Part shown: positions 63,340 to 64,000 of the stretch, piece by piece | How the letters are laid out: the number at the start of each line of letters is the position of its first letter | Numbering within the stretch: the first letter of the stretch is position 1 | NCBI GenBank assembly: GCA_964016885.1 | Contig: OZ024743.1 | Coordinates: 302,932,001 to 302,996,000 of the forward strand | DNA length: 64,000 nucleotides | Reading direction: 5' to 3' | Source: Eledone cirrhosa | Taxonomy: Eukaryota | Program-made: the position numbers and the translations under genes | The notes under the pieces: generated by a model | What the model was told of the DNA's origin: nothing | Databases searched by the model: none | The model's input: only the letters and a program-made list of their open reading frames with translations

Positions 63340-64000
63340 AAAGTATGGGTTGTGGGAAGAACGGGGTTGCATGTTCAGGAAGAGGTGTGTGGGGGGTCGG
63401 AGTGTCTGTGCGCGTGTGGATAGAGGGGGCGGAGAGGAATCAGGAGGCTGAGGGTGTAAATATGTGTTGGAAAGCACGTGTGTGTGGGGTTTAAGCGTGT
63501 TGTGGGTATATGTGGCGTGTGGAGAAAAAGAAATTGTTGGGGTGTGTGTGTGGGTGAGTTATATAGGTGATTACGTAAGAGGATGGTTGAAAAGTAGGTA
63601 AATTCCGAAGATGTTTAGTGGATTCGTTGTTGGTCAATTTCTGCGTGTGGGTATTCCATGAAGCGATGGTCGGAAGAGGATAGATGTGGGGTGCGCGCGC
63701 AACAGGAAGTGGTCAAGCAGTGGGAGTGATGTGTGTCTGTTTGTGCTGGGAGGTGGTCAGAGGGCATAGCAGCAGTCGGTGGAATGGTAAAGGGGCGAGG
63801 ATGGGTAGTTGTGAAAGTTGGAGTGTGGCGGGTGTGTGTGTATTAGTAGGTGTTAGTGGGATGAGTGAGTGTGGAGCGAGGGTGTGGGTGGAGCGGGGAG
63901 AGAAGGGTGTGTGTGGTTCTATGGCGGAAGTGTGGTGTACTGGTGTGTGTGTAGTTTGATGGAGAGGTGTTAGTAGGTGTTAGTATACGGGAGGTAGGGA
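62870..64000 (-). mobile_element. Possible PLE 3' region running off the window edge
   Basis: Hammerhead core at 62959-62992, (TA)n downstream, strong strand skew; no clear protein motif. Confidence 0.4.

Overview
Eukaryotic, AT- and microsatellite-rich DNA made almost entirely of retroelements. No host protein-coding gene is supportable. The SINE and repeat landscape resemble an octopod cephalopod (inference). The main structure is a ~24.5-kb array (3712-28196) of six non-LTR retrotransposons joined only by (TAA)n tracts. Four are R4/Dong-clade elements with a restriction-like endonuclease (RLE), all on the + strand, one with an intact 1130-aa ORF. Two are L1/Tx1-clade elements with an apurinic-type endonuclease (APE), both on the - strand, one full-length with two intact ORFs. 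The Tx1 element and both Dong families appear to share a colinear ~210-225-nt 5' leader, and the local tRNA-type SINE has a 3' end resembling the Tx1 3' end. The rest holds many decayed Penelope-like elements (PLEs, Naiad-like) with inverted terminal repeats and several hammerhead-ribozyme motifs (one canonical, several core variants), an old decayed Dong copy, SINEs, fold-back repeats and microsatellites. All alignments and folds were done by eye.
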